DNA from: Candidatus Omnitrophota bacterium
Lineage (GTDB): Bacteria; Omnitrophota; Omnitrophia; Omnitrophales; Aquincolibacteriaceae
Assembly (NCBI GenBank): GCA_903884815.1
Contig: CAISGE010000015.1
Coordinates: forward strand, 22,958-86,957
Length of the DNA stretch: 64,000 nt
Direction of reading: 5' to 3'
The first letter of the stretch is position 1, and the number at the start of each line of letters is the position of its first letter. The translations under genes and the position numbers were made by a program. Below, piece by piece: positions 1 through 9,861 of the stretch. A model generated the notes under the pieces. That model did no database searches and was not told where the DNA came from. It saw only the letters and a list, made by a program, of their open reading frames with translations.

Positions 1-1042
1 TTCCGGTCTGTTCTCCCACGAATGTGACGACCGCGAAGGCACCGAGATTCGAGAAGAGATAAGCCAGCAGGTAGATCAAGACCGCGTCTCTTCCGAGAAC
101 CGAGAAGACGGCCAGGCCCATCAGGATATAGCCGGCCTGAGCGATGCTGGAATAAGCAAGGAAGCGCTTGATGTTGGTCTGGGAGACAGCGGTGATATTG
201 CCGATCGTCATGGTCAGGATGGAAAGAATCACAAGGACGGGACTCCAGACACCCTGAAAGTGCCAGAACGCCAGGTCCAGAACGCGTGTCAGGACCGCGA
301 AGCCGAGCGCCTTGGGCGCGACGGTGAGGAAAGCCGTGACGGGCGTGGGGGCGCCTTCATAAACATCCGGAGCCCACATATGGAACGGGGCCATGGAGAT
401 CTTGAAACCCAGACCGACAAAAAAGAAAAGAACGGCCGTAGCCGCAAGCGGCTTGAGTGACGCCGTAAAAAGGGCGTCTCCGATGACCTTGAGTTCCAGG
501 GATCCCGTCGCTCCGAAGAGTAGCGACATGCCGTAAAGCATGATGGCAGAGCAGACGCTCCCGAAAAGTAGATACTTGATCGCCGCTTCCTTGGACTTCG
601 GGTCATTCTTCAGGAAGCCCACAAGCAGATACGAAAGCAGGGAGACGAACTCCACGCCCAGAAAGATCATAAGGAGGTTGTTGGCGGCCGCGACGGTAAT
701 CAGCGCGAACGCCATAAAAAGGAACATGCCGTAGAATTCGCCTTCATAGCGGTTCCGGAGCGGGGTGTAACCCATCGCGAGGAGAAGCGTGATGCCCGTT
801 GCGGTTAGCGCGATGCACCGGAAAAAATAGGTGAAGGTGTCCAGTTCGAACATGCCAAAGAAAAGGGACATGGGTTTGGCCGGGATCTTGGCCAGACACA
901 GCGCGAGCACGAGGACCAGAAGGCAGAATTCACCGACCAGTTTCTTCTGTTTGACGAAGAAATCCAGAGTCAGCGCCGCGAACGCGCCGCCCAGCAAAAC
1001 CAGTTCGGGGATAAAATGTTTCAAGCTTTCGATAGCGTTCAT
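1..1042 (-). CDS. nuoN: NADH-quinone oxidoreductase subunit N (partial, C-terminus beyond window edge)
   Basis: Own minus-strand translation from ATG near 1042: MNAIESLKHFIPELVLLGGAF...FHMWAPDVYEGAPTPVTAFL, the antiporter-like NuoN signature. Absent from the ORF track because it runs off the window edge. Lies 5 nt after the nuoM stop. Confidence 0.85.
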   Translation of the reverse strand, partial: MNAIESLKHFIPELVLLGGAFAALTLDFFVKQKKLVGEFCLLVLVLALCLAKIPAKPMSLFFGMFELDTFTYFFRCIALTATGITLLLAMGYTPLRNRYEGEFYGMFLFMAFALITVAAANNLLMIFLGVEFVSLLSYLLVGFLKNDPKSKEAAIKYLLFGSVCSAIMLYGMSLLFGATGSLELKVIGDALFTASLKPLAATAVLFFFVGLGFKISMAPFHMWAPDVYEGAPTPVTAFLTVAPKALGFAVLTRVLDLAFWHFQGVWSPVLVILSILTMTIGNITAVSQTNIKRFLAYSSIAQAGYILMGLAVFSVLGRDAVLIYLLAYLFSNLGAFAVVTFVGEQTG

Positions 1043-1047
1043 TCGTT

Positions 1048-2511
1048 TTAAACTTTCAGGGTTTTAAGAAGCGCATCAAGCGTCGGGATCATGTAGTTCA
1101 GGATCATGCTCGGGTAAACGCCGATTACCACGATGAGCACCATCAGAGGCGCGAGCGTTAGGATTTCGACGAACTTGATATCGGTAAGCGAGGCCCATTT
1201 TGGGTTTAGTTTCCCGAGCAGGACGCGCTGGACCATGTAAAGAAGATAGGCCGCCGCGAGGATGATCCCCAGGGTTGAGAGACCGGTCGCCAGTTTTGAG
1301 TATTGGTAAGAGCCGAGCAGGACCAGAAATTCGCTCACGAATCCGCTTAACGCGGGAAGGCCTAGCGAAGCGAGTGCGAAAAAGGTCAGGATGCCCGCGT
1401 AACCCGGCATCTTGGCGCCGAGGCCGCCGAAGCCGTTCATGTCGCGGCTGTGAGAGCGGTCATAAAGGACGCCGACCAGCAAAAAGAGGCCTCCGGTGAT
1501 AGTGCCGTGCGTGAACATCTGGAGCATGGCGCCGCGAAAGCCATTCGCATTCAGGGCGGCGAGCCCCAGCAGGACAAATCCCATGTGGCTGACGCTGGAG
1601 TAGGCGACCATCTTTTTGAAATCTGTTTGGGCGAGAGCGACGAATCCGCCGTAGACGATGCCGATGATGGCCAGAGTTGCCATGGTCGGTTGGAACCAAT
1701 GCGTGGCTTCAGGGAACAACGGATAGCTGAACCGGAAGAACCCGTAGGTACCCATTTTAAGAAGGATGCCGGCCAGGATCACACTGATCGGGGTCGGGGC
1801 TTCGACGTGGGCGTCGGGAAGCCACGTGTGGAACGGGAAGATCGGGACTTTGACGGCGAAGCCAAGGAAAAACGCCATGAAAACGACCTGTTGGAAGATC
1901 AGGCTCCGGGGCATGCCCACGAGCTGGGTGATGTCGAAGGTGTGCGGGGTGGCGGCAAAATAAACGCTAAGGATGCCGAGCAGCATGAAAAGACCGCCCG
2001 CGAGCGTGAAAAGGAAGAACTTGATCGCGGCATATTCGCGTCTCGGGCCGCCCCAGATACCGATCAGAAAATACATGGGAACGAGCACCACTTCCCATAC
2101 CACGTAAAAGAGAAAGAGGTCGAGTGCCAGGAAGCTTGCCATCATGCCGGTCTCAAGCAAGAGGTAAAGGAAAAAATATTCCTTGTGGCGTTCCTTGATA
2201 CTGCCGGAAGCGAGGCACGCGAGGAGTGAAATGATCGCGGTGAGGCCGACCATGGGAAAACTGATCCCGTCCGTGCCGAGAAGGTACTGGACGTTGAATT
2301 GGGGGATCCAGGAGGTCCGTTCCATCATCTGGAATCCGGAGAGTCCCGGTTGGAAGAGCGTCAGGGCGTGACAAACGAGGCCCAGGACGACCGCGGTGGT
2401 CGCGAGGGCGATCCACTTAATGAGCGGAGCGGAGCTTTTCGGCACGAAAAGAATCGTGAACGCGCCGATGAGCGGCGTAAAGATGATCCAGGACAGGATA
2501 TGAGAAGTCAT
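1048..2511 (-). CDS. nuoM: NADH-quinone oxidoreductase subunit M
   Basis: 487 aa, polytopic. WLPDAHVEAPTP motif of complex I antiporter-like subunits. Operon context. Confidence 0.9.
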   Translation of the reverse strand: MTSHILSWIIFTPLIGAFTILFVPKSSAPLIKWIALATTAVVLGLVCHALTLFQPGLSGFQMMERTSWIPQFNVQYLLGTDGISFPMVGLTAIISLLACLASGSIKERHKEYFFLYLLLETGMMASFLALDLFLFYVVWEVVLVPMYFLIGIWGGPRREYAAIKFFLFTLAGGLFMLLGILSVYFAATPHTFDITQLVGMPRSLIFQQVVFMAFFLGFAVKVPIFPFHTWLPDAHVEAPTPISVILAGILLKMGTYGFFRFSYPLFPEATHWFQPTMATLAIIGIVYGGFVALAQTDFKKMVAYSSVSHMGFVLLGLAALNANGFRGAMLQMFTHGTITGGLFLLVGVLYDRSHSRDMNGFGGLGAKMPGYAGILTFFALASLGLPALSGFVSEFLVLLGSYQYSKLATGLSTLGIILAAAYLLYMVQRVLLGKLNPKWASLTDIKFVEILTLAPLMVLIVVIGVYPSMILNYMIPTLDALLKTLKV

Positions 2512-2651
2512 TTAATTCTCCTTTTGAGTGCCATGTGTCATTCTGAGGCCTGATTCTTGCTCTCGCAAGAAAGCATCAGGCCGAAGAATCTCATAGCGAG
2601 ATCCTTCGCCCTAAAGGGCTCAGGATGACCTGAAATAACAAACTCGCTATT
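2512..2651 (-). other. structured nuoL-nuoM intergenic spacer with two or more stable hairpins (one perfect 11-bp stem GACCTGAAATA...TATTTCAGGTC)
   Basis: Read directly. 140 nt inside the operon. Confidence 0.45.
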
Positions 2652-4598
2652 TCAGGTCAGTTTCAATTCCAAAATGATAAAAACAAGAAAACCCAGGAAC
2701 GCGAGCAGAAGATAATTCTGCACCACTCCTGTCTGGAAGCGCTTTGTGACCGAATTCAGGAAGTAGACCGCGGTCCCGAGAAAATTCATGAAGCCGTCCA
2801 CGATATAAGTGTCGATCCACTGTTTGACGCCGCTCAGGAACATCGTGACGCTGGCCGTGCCGTTCACGCCGCCGTCGACCACATTCGCGTCAAAGCCGAA
2901 GAGCAGGCGTCCGAGCGCGTGGAAAGGCTTGATGAGATACGTTACGTAGAACTCGTCAAAATAGAATTTGTTAAATGAAAGACGGTAAAAGGAGGGGAAT
3001 TTCTTCGCGACAGCCGGCGCCCAGGTCGTTTTTTTCAGATACATGACAAAGGCGAGCGTGATTCCGAGCACCGCGACGGCGATCGAGCAGGCCATGACCA
3101 CGGCGGAAGGTTCATATTCCGGATAATGGACCATCTCTGCCATGAATTTCTGGAACCAGTGATGCATGAAAGGAGAGCCGGGGATGCCGATCACCACCGA
3201 GCCGACGGCCAGGCACCAAAGGGGCAAGGTCATCAGGGCCGGAGATTCGTGGGCGTGGACGTCGTGATTGCGCGCCTGGCCGAAGAAGGTCAGGAAAATC
3301 AGACGGAACATATAGAACGCGGTCATGAAAGCGGTGAGAAGCAGGACCCCGAAGACCAGATAATTGCCGGAGCCGAACGCCGAGAGCAGGATCTCATCTT
3401 TGGACCAGAAGCCGGAAAGCGGCGGGATACCTGCCAGGGCGAGGCTCGCGATGATGAACGTGACGGCGGTGTGGGGCATCTTCTTGAAAAGGCCGCCCAT
3501 CTCGCGGATATCTTGAACGTGCGTGCCGTGGATCACGCTGCCCGCGCCAAGGAAGAGCAGGGCCTTAAAGAAAGCGTGCGTGATCAAATGGAAGGTGCCG
3601 GCGCCGAGGCCTGAAAGCCCCATGGCGGTCACCATGTAACCGAGTTGGGAGATCGTCGAGTAGGCGAGGACGCGCTTGATGTCGTTTTGGGTCAGCGCGA
3701 TAAAAGCCGCCATGAATGCCGTGATCGTGCCGATCGCGGTGACGATGGGCAGTACGTTCGGGACCAGCATAAAAAGAGAGAAGGAACGTGCCACGAGGAA
3801 AACGCCGGCCGCCACCATGGTCGCGGCATGGATGAGCGCACTGACAGGCGTCGGACCTTCCATGGCGTCGGGAAGCCACACGTGAAGCGGGAATTGCGCC
3901 GACTTGCCGATAGTGCCGCAGAAAATGAAAAGTGCCGCCATCGAGAGTAGCCCGGTGTTTAAGGCCGTATGGCCGACGTGTCCCGCGAGCAGCGTGTTCA
4001 TTTGAGCGAAGTCGAGCGTGCCGATCGCCGTGAAAAGGGTAAGGAAGCCGAGAAGAAAGCCGATGTCACCGACGCGCGTGGTGAGAAATGCTTTCTTGGA
4101 GGCGTTCGCGGCGGAATCCTTCTCGAAATAGAACCCGATCAAAAGATACGAGCAAAGCCCCATGATCTCCCACGCCATGAAAAAGAGCAGGTAGTTATTC
4201 GAGATCACAAGCGTGAGCATGGCGGACATGAAAAGCGAGACGTAAGCAAAGAACCGGCTGAAGCGCGGGTCGCCGTGCATATAGCCGGTGGCGTAAACCT
4301 GGATCAGGGTGCCGACGATCGTGACCATGAAAAGAAGCGTCGCGGACAGAGGATCCATCAGGTAACCGAACTTGAGAGGTGTGGTGCCGAGCATGAGCCA
4401 GGTAAAATCATTGGCGAAATGCGCGCCGCGGAACACCGCCCAACAGATGGGAAGCGCGATCACGCAGGCCACGGTACTCGTGGCCACCGAGAGCCACGCC
4501 GCGCGCTCTTTTAAGAAACGGGCGCCGAAGAAGATATTCACCACAAATGCGATGAAGGGAAGCACCGGAACCCAGATAAGATGATTGGCGGTTACCAT
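2652..4598 (-). CDS. nuoL: NADH-quinone oxidoreductase subunit L
   Basis: 648 aa. WLPDAMEGPTPVSALIHAATMV motif. Length typical of NuoL. Confidence 0.9.
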   Translation of the reverse strand: MVTANHLIWVPVLPFIAFVVNIFFGARFLKERAAWLSVATSTVACVIALPICWAVFRGAHFANDFTWLMLGTTPLKFGYLMDPLSATLLFMVTIVGTLIQVYATGYMHGDPRFSRFFAYVSLFMSAMLTLVISNNYLLFFMAWEIMGLCSYLLIGFYFEKDSAANASKKAFLTTRVGDIGFLLGFLTLFTAIGTLDFAQMNTLLAGHVGHTALNTGLLSMAALFIFCGTIGKSAQFPLHVWLPDAMEGPTPVSALIHAATMVAAGVFLVARSFSLFMLVPNVLPIVTAIGTITAFMAAFIALTQNDIKRVLAYSTISQLGYMVTAMGLSGLGAGTFHLITHAFFKALLFLGAGSVIHGTHVQDIREMGGLFKKMPHTAVTFIIASLALAGIPPLSGFWSKDEILLSAFGSGNYLVFGVLLLTAFMTAFYMFRLIFLTFFGQARNHDVHAHESPALMTLPLWCLAVGSVVIGIPGSPFMHHWFQKFMAEMVHYPEYEPSAVVMACSIAVAVLGITLAFVMYLKKTTWAPAVAKKFPSFYRLSFNKFYFDEFYVTYLIKPFHALGRLLFGFDANVVDGGVNGTASVTMFLSGVKQWIDTYIVDGFMNFLGTAVYFLNSVTKRFQTGVVQNYLLLAFLGFLVFIILELKLT

Positions 4599-4906
4599 TT
4601 CAGTAAATGAACCTCATCGGCTTGAACAGTTTTGCGGATCCGGTAAAGGGCCAGGACGATCGCGAGGCCCACGGCCGCCGCGGTCGCGGCAAGGGCGATC
4701 ACAAAAAGAGCGAAGATTTGCCCCGTTTCCGGCGAGAGAGACGTGTATTTGGAAAAGGCGATCAGGTTGATATTGGAGGCGTTCACCATGAGCTCGATCG
4801 AGATCAGAATGCCGATGATGTTGCGGCGCACGAGTGCCCCATAGAGACCGATCGCGAAAAGGAGCAAGGAAAAGATCAGAATGTGTTGCAAGGGGATCGC
4901 GATCAT
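4592..4906 (-). CDS. nuoK: NADH-quinone oxidoreductase subunit K
   Basis: 104 aa, 3-TM protein. LISIELMVNASNINLIAF matches NuoK. Overlaps the nuoL start by 7 nt. Confidence 0.85.
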   Translation of the reverse strand: MIAIPLQHILIFSLLLFAIGLYGALVRRNIIGILISIELMVNASNINLIAFSKYTSLSPETGQIFALFVIALAATAAAVGLAIVLALYRIRKTVQADEVHLLKW

Positions 4907-5427
4907 GGCCGTTCCTCCGGAGCATCTTTTTTCGCGATGACCACGGTGCCGATCAGCGCCGCGAGGAGAACAATCGAAATGACCTCAAACGGGAACACAT
5001 ATGTTCCCATCAAGGCTTCGCCGAGGCCCATTGCCGAAGTTTTGGCCTTGAGAGCTGCCTCGGTTACCGGCCAGGGCGTCTTCAGGATCAGGGCGATGAG
5101 TGCCGTCACAAATCCCGCGAGGCCCACGATCGCCGGAAGGCTTTGAGCATTGTTCTGGCGGACGGTCTTGCCCGCGAGATGTTCGGTGAGCATGATCGCG
5201 AAGACCACCAGAGTGATCACACCGCCGACATAGAGCAGGATCTGCACCCCGGCGAGGAATTCCGCCTGAAGTGCGATGTAAATGCCGGCCGTCCCGATCA
5301 GCGCCGCCGCGAGACAAAGCGCGCAGTGGAACAAGTTCCGGAACGTGACAACTCCCAGGGCGAAGACAAGGATTGCTGCCATCACGGCATAAATCCCGAA
5401 TTTTGCGCCAAGTTGTAATAGTTCCAT
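4903..5427 (-). CDS. nuoJ: NADH-quinone oxidoreductase subunit J
   Basis: 174 aa membrane protein between nuoK and nuoH. 4-nt overlap with nuoK. Confidence 0.8.
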   Translation of the reverse strand: MELLQLGAKFGIYAVMAAILVFALGVVTFRNLFHCALCLAAALIGTAGIYIALQAEFLAGVQILLYVGGVITLVVFAIMLTEHLAGKTVRQNNAQSLPAIVGLAGFVTALIALILKTPWPVTEAALKAKTSAMGLGEALMGTYVFPFEVISIVLLAALIGTVVIAKKDAPEERP

Positions 5428-5480
5428 AGCATTTCTTTCTGGAGTTATCCCCGTTTCAAGCGGCGGGGATGACGGTAATA

Positions 5481-6650
5481 CTAATCGGCTAATACGTAAT
5501 TACGTTTTTCTGGGACAAAGACACGATTGAGCTTGACCAGCATATAAAGCATCGCGGCCAGGATCATGATCGAAAAAAGCCATGCCGCGGAAGCCGAAGT
5601 GAACTGCCAGAGCGCTGTCAGCAGAATATTGACCAGCGTCAGCGGCAAAAGGAATTTCCAGGCGAAGGCCATCAAGTGGTCCACGCGAAAGCGGGGGAAC
5701 GTGCCCCGGAACCAGATCATGATACAGATGAGCGCAAGCGTCTTGCCGAAGAACCAGACCCATGACGGAAGGAAGGGACCTTGCCAGCCGCCTAGAAAAA
5801 GGGTCGCGGCGATCCCGCAAAGGGTGAACGCGTTCATGTATTCGGCCATATAAAAGAGCGCGAATTTCATGCCGCTGTATTCCGTGTGAAAACCCGCGAC
5901 GAGTTCGGATTCCGCTTCCGGGAGGTCGAAGGGCGGGCGATTGCACTCAGCGGTGGCGCAAAGGAAAAAGACAATGAATCCCACGATACCCCACGGCGTG
6001 AAGATAAACCAGTTGAGGCCGAAACTTCCGGCCTGGGTCAGGACGATCGTGTTGGTCGAAAGGCTCTGGCTCATCATGATCGCCGGAACGGCGGCCAGGG
6101 TCATGGGGACTTCGTAGGAGATCAACTGCGCGGCGGTGCGCATGCCGCCCAATAGGGAATACTTGTTTCGCGAGGACCAGCTGGCCATAAAGATAGGCAG
6201 AATGGTGATCGAAGAAACGGCAATAAAATAAAGAAAACCAATATTGAGATCGGCGGCCGTCATCTGGCGGCCGAAGGGGACGACGACAAAGATCATAAGG
6301 GCCGGGACCACGGTCATGATCGGGGCGAGGAGATGGATGAGCTTATCCGCGTTCGCGGGCACGATATCTTCTTTCGTGAACATCTTGATGCCGTCGGCGA
6401 TCGGCTGGAGAAGACCCCATATCCCGACGCGGTTCGGGCCGTAGCGGTTCTGGATGCGGCCGATCACTTTGCGTTCGAGAAGCGTCAGATACATCATGAT
6501 CACCGGACCGAGGCAGAGGATCGCGACGCCGCTGATCACGATAGACGCGAGCACGACGATCCAGACCGGCAGGAATTGCCCCAAAAGGGCAAGGATCCAG
6601 GCCTTCGCGGTCACGAAGATCATATCGATGAACGATCCGATGTTTTCCAT
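5481..6650 (-). CDS. nuoH: NADH-quinone oxidoreductase subunit H
   Basis: LLERKVIGRIQNRYGPNRVGIWGLLQPIADGIKMF signature of NuoH. The N-terminus is possibly over-extended; an alternative start is near M10. Confidence 0.9.
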   Translation of the reverse strand: MENIGSFIDMIFVTAKAWILALLGQFLPVWIVVLASIVISGVAILCLGPVIMMYLTLLERKVIGRIQNRYGPNRVGIWGLLQPIADGIKMFTKEDIVPANADKLIHLLAPIMTVVPALMIFVVVPFGRQMTAADLNIGFLYFIAVSSITILPIFMASWSSRNKYSLLGGMRTAAQLISYEVPMTLAAVPAIMMSQSLSTNTIVLTQAGSFGLNWFIFTPWGIVGFIVFFLCATAECNRPPFDLPEAESELVAGFHTEYSGMKFALFYMAEYMNAFTLCGIAATLFLGGWQGPFLPSWVWFFGKTLALICIMIWFRGTFPRFRVDHLMAFAWKFLLPLTLVNILLTALWQFTSASAAWLFSIMILAAMLYMLVKLNRVFVPEKRNYVLAD

Positions 6651-7210
6651 TATTTTATTTCCTGGGGCGGGGGCGGTGTGGCAGCTGCCTTTTTCTTGTC
6701 TTCCGCGGTTTTCCGTTTTTGATCCACGGCCGCGGCCATTGCCGGACGGATCTTTCTGAAATAATCGTTGGAGCGCGCCAGGGCCTCTTTGCCGCGGATC
6801 AGGCTCCGGGGTCCCGCCTGCGAAGTGATCTCAAAGGTATGGTCCATATAGATCGAATCGAAGGGACAGACCTCTTCGCAGATCCCGCAATTCATGCAGA
6901 GACTGTAATCGATGTCAAAGACGGCGGGCTTTCGCGCGGGCTTTCCGGCCGCGTCGGTGGCCATTTCAATATGAATGCACTTGGGCGGGCATTCCCGCTC
7001 ACAGATCCCGCAGGCCACACAGCGGATCTGGTCCGGCGCGCCGTCATAGACAAGAAAGGGGAGGTTGCGGTAATTCTCGGCTAGCTTTTCGCGCTCTTCG
7101 GGATACTGGACGGTGAAGATGCCGCCATTGTCCCGGTCGCGGTAATAAGAAGTCAGGAAATTCTTGAGCGTGACCATCATGCCTTTGAAAACGCCTGCGC
7201 CGAAAATCAT
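6650..7210 (-). CDS. nuoI: NADH-quinone oxidoreductase subunit I (2x[4Fe-4S] ferredoxin-type)
   Basis: Two CxxCxxCxxxCP motifs: [12 protein letters not shown] and [12 protein letters not shown]. Lys-rich C-terminal tail. Confidence 0.9.
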   Translation of the reverse strand: MIFGAGVFKGMMVTLKNFLTSYYRDRDNGGIFTVQYPEEREKLAENYRNLPFLVYDGAPDQIRCVACGICERECPPKCIHIEMATDAAGKPARKPAVFDIDYSLCMNCGICEEVCPFDSIYMDHTFEITSQAGPRSLIRGKEALARSNDYFRKIRPAMAAAVDQKRKTAEDKKKAAATPPPPQEIK

Positions 7211-8355
7211 CGGTCCGTCTCCCCGAGCACAATGTCAATGCTCCCCAGGATGATGATGGCATCGGCGATCTTTTGGCCGAGGCACATCTCTTCCAAAACG
7301 GTCAGGTTGATGAGGGACGGGGCGCGCACGTGATAGCGCCAGGGTTGCGGCGTGCCGTCGCTGACGACATAAAACCCGAGCTCGCCTTTGGGGGATTCCA
7401 CGCGGCCATAGGCCTCGCCCACCGGCGGCTTGAAATTGCGCGGCATTTTGATGAAAGGGACTGTCTTTTTGTTCAGGATCTCGCCCTGAGGGATCTTGGC
7501 CAGGGCCTGTTCAAGGATCTTCAGACTTTCGCGAATCTCGAGGATGCGGACATAATACCGGTCGTAGACATCGCCCTTTTTCCCGAGCGGGATCTTGAAA
7601 TCAAAACGGTGGTAAATGCTGTAGCCGTCCACTTTGCGAATGTCGTAATTGACGCCGGAGGCGCGAAGCACCGGGCCCGTGATGCCGGCATTGGTCGCGG
7701 TTTCGGGGGAAAGCACGCCGACATTCTGGCAGCGCATGCAGAGGATCTCATTTTTCGAGAGTAGGGTCTCGAATTCTTCGAGGAAGGCCGGGAATTTCGC
7801 GACGATCTGATGGATCGTCGCGAGGTGGAGCGCCGTAAGATCGCGCTTCACGCCGCCGAAGCGGAAATAATTATTCATGAGGCGCGAGCCGGTGACCTCT
7901 TCAAAAAGGTCGAGGATCCTTTCCCGCTCGCGGAATGCATAAAGAAGCGGCGTGAAAAAAGCGCCGAGGTCATTCAACATAAACCCGATCACGGTGATGT
8001 GGTTCACGATACGGGCGAGTTCCGCCATGATGACGCGGAGATATTCCGCCCGTTCCGGGACTTCGAGGCTGGCGAGCTTTTCGACCGTGAGCGCGTAGCC
8101 AAAGTTATTGGCTAGGGCGTTCACGTAATCCAGCCGGTCCGTATAGGGCATGATCGCCGCATAGGGGAGATTCTCCGCGATCTGTTCGTGATTGCGGTGA
8201 AGGTACCCGAAGATCGGCCTCAGGCCCCGGATCTTTTCGCCCTCGGTCTGCACGATCATGCGGAACACGCCGTGGGTAGACGGATGCTGTGGCCCGAAAT
8301 TGATCTCGAGGATATCCGAGCCGTCTAATTTTTTTGTTTCGATGATATTTGGCAT
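7207..8355 (-). CDS. nuoD: NADH-quinone oxidoreductase subunit D (49 kDa)
   Basis: [18 protein letters not shown]-terminal signature, 382 aa. Directly adjacent to nuoI/nuoH with no nuoEFG in between. Confidence 0.9.
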   Translation of the reverse strand: MPNIIETKKLDGSDILEINFGPQHPSTHGVFRMIVQTEGEKIRGLRPIFGYLHRNHEQIAENLPYAAIMPYTDRLDYVNALANNFGYALTVEKLASLEVPERAEYLRVIMAELARIVNHITVIGFMLNDLGAFFTPLLYAFRERERILDLFEEVTGSRLMNNYFRFGGVKRDLTALHLATIHQIVAKFPAFLEEFETLLSKNEILCMRCQNVGVLSPETATNAGITGPVLRASGVNYDIRKVDGYSIYHRFDFKIPLGKKGDVYDRYYVRILEIRESLKILEQALAKIPQGEILNKKTVPFIKMPRNFKPPVGEAYGRVESPKGELGFYVVSDGTPQPWRYHVRAPSLINLTVLEEMCLGQKIADAIIILGSIDIVLGETDR

Positions 8356-8386
8356 AATTTATCTAAGAAATTAACGCTTCCTTGGG

Positions 8387-8462
8387 CACAACGCGCAACG
8401 GTCAACGTTCAACGTCAGGACTCAAATTAAGTACGTTGTGCGTTGCGCGTAGTGCGTTGTGC
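8387..8462. repeat. heptamer-periodic palindromic element (HPE) copy 1, intra-operon nuoC|nuoD
   Basis: Left arm CACAACG CGCAACG GTCAACG TTCAACG, a loop, then right arm CGTTGTG CGTTGCG CGTAGTG CGTTGTGC. Confidence 0.75.
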
Positions 8463-9049
8463 TAGTTTCTTGGTTTTTCCGGCTTTCCAACCAAAGCCCG
8501 TTTTCCTGCAGCGGCGAGTTCTGCCGCTTTTGCCTTCATGTCCTCCGGGATCGCGATCCCCCTGGAGGCTAGCCATGTGATGTCCGCAGCTTCCAGGACG
8601 TCCACATCCTCCTGCTGATAATCTTTGCGCAAAGGGTAGCCTTCGAATCCTTCCCACATGAACAGGCGGCGTGGGTCGGGATGACCTTTATAAATGATGC
8701 CGAAGGTGTCAAAGGCTTCGCGTTCCTGGAGGTTCGCGCTACGGTAAATTGGTACAAGCGACGGGATCTCCGGGTGATTCTTGGGAACGCGGACGCGCAG
8801 CGTGAGGGGCCCACGCTTCAGGGCCATTGAATAAAGGTGATAAACCGATTCCAGAGAGTCCAGATAATCCGCGCCGGTCACCGAGGAAAGATAGTCCAGC
8901 CGGAATTTCGGACTTTGCTTCAGGAAAAGGGCGACGCGCGGCAGATCCTTCGGGTTCTCGAGCAGAAGGGAATTCAGGACGCGGCGGAGTTTCACGTCCG
9001 GCAGTCCCGCATGGAGTTCTTTTTGAACTTCTTCCATAAAGAGAGGCAT
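8462..9049 (-). CDS. nuoC: NADH-quinone oxidoreductase subunit C (30 kDa)
   Basis: FDTFGIIYKGHPDPRRLFMWEGFEGYPLRKDY motif. Start trimmed to internal ATG (MPLFMEEV), 1 nt after the nuoB stop. The track start at 9097 would overlap nuoB by 46 nt. Confidence 0.85.
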   Translation of the reverse strand: MPLFMEEVQKELHAGLPDVKLRRVLNSLLLENPKDLPRVALFLKQSPKFRLDYLSSVTGADYLDSLESVYHLYSMALKRGPLTLRVRVPKNHPEIPSLVPIYRSANLQEREAFDTFGIIYKGHPDPRRLFMWEGFEGYPLRKDYQQEDVDVLEAADITWLASRGIAIPEDMKAKAAELAAAGKRALVGKPEKPRN

Positions 9050-9050
9050 G

Positions 9051-9779
9051 TTAGACGGCTCCCGGAGCGGCGGGCTTGACGGCGGCCGCATGTTCAAGGT
9101 CCGGGGCTTTCAGTTTCTTCCCGATGAGTATCGTGGCACCGTAATGCTCCCGGCGTGGGTCCTTCTTTGCAGGCTGCCACACCTCGGGATTGAATTTCGG
9201 AACGAGCCCATGAGGTCCAAGCTCAGGGATCGGAAATTCCCGCTTGAGGCCCTTTTGATACCATTCTGCTTTCAGAATCTCCTGGGATGCGATCTTTTTT
9301 TGAAGTTCCATGAGTCCGTGAAGCAGCGCCTCGGGCCGCGGGGGACACCCGGGCAAATGAACGTCGACGGGGATGTAGCGGTCGATCCCGCGAAGGACAT
9401 TGTAACCGTCAATAAAAGGACCGCCGGAAATCGCGCAGGCGCCCATGGTAAGAACATATTTTGGTTCGGGCATCTGATTGAAGAGGCGGACGACCTGAGG
9501 AGCCATCTTTTTGGTGACGGTTCCGGAAATGATCATGAGGTCGGCCTGGCGGGGTGAGGCACGGAAGAGCTCGGCGCCGAAGCGGGCAATATCGTAACGG
9601 GCGCAGGCCGCCGCGATCATCTCGAACGCACAGCAGGCCAGCCCGAACTGCATGGGCCATACGGACGATCGGCGTCCCCAATTGTAGAGGAAATCGAGCG
9701 ACGTCCAGATCACGCCTTTTGAGGCGAGTTCGGCGCGCAGCGTTTCATCGACTTCGGTCTTATTTTCTGTGAAGGCCAT
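9051..9779 (-). CDS. nuoB: NADH-quinone oxidoreductase subunit B (20 kDa, Fe-S) with ~70-aa C-terminal extension
   Basis: [12 protein letters not shown]...[10 protein letters not shown]...LPGCPPRPE cysteine motifs. 242 aa versus about 170 typical. Confidence 0.9.
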   Translation of the reverse strand: MAFTENKTEVDETLRAELASKGVIWTSLDFLYNWGRRSSVWPMQFGLACCAFEMIAAACARYDIARFGAELFRASPRQADLMIISGTVTKKMAPQVVRLFNQMPEPKYVLTMGACAISGGPFIDGYNVLRGIDRYIPVDVHLPGCPPRPEALLHGLMELQKKIASQEILKAEWYQKGLKREFPIPELGPHGLVPKFNPEVWQPAKKDPRREHYGATILIGKKLKAPDLEHAAAVKPAAPGAV

Positions 9780-9796
9780 TTTTAGTAAGGAGTCTT

Positions 9797-9858
9797 GAGT
9801 ACGGAGTACGGCGTTTTTTCGTTGCGCGGACCGCCGGTCGCCTTACGCCGTACGAGGT
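9797..9858. repeat. HPE variant (GAGTACG GAGTACG GCG ... CGCCGTACGAG), intra-operon nuoB|nuoA
   Basis: Read directly. Confidence 0.65.
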
Positions 9859-9861
9859 TCA

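Noticed and set aside
1450-2229. Long antisense ORFs throughout. Examples: 1450-2229+, 3969-4514+, 14831-15994-, 19360-20358-, 25281-25952+, 32835-33647-, 42061-42915-, 43042-44034-, 47867-48652-, 49262-50047-, 53019-54209+, 59849-61084-, 61298-62524-.
   Set aside because: They lie opposite genes with clear conserved-family signatures. Their translations are Arg/Pro/Gly-rich low-complexity, as expected for shadow ORFs in 58% GC coding DNA.
8427-9097. Track ORFs 8427-8657- and 8569-8814-, and the extended nuoC start at 9097.
   Set aside because: They are alternative frames inside or overlapping nuoC. The nuoC start was trimmed to the internal ATG so it no longer overlaps nuoB by 46 nt.
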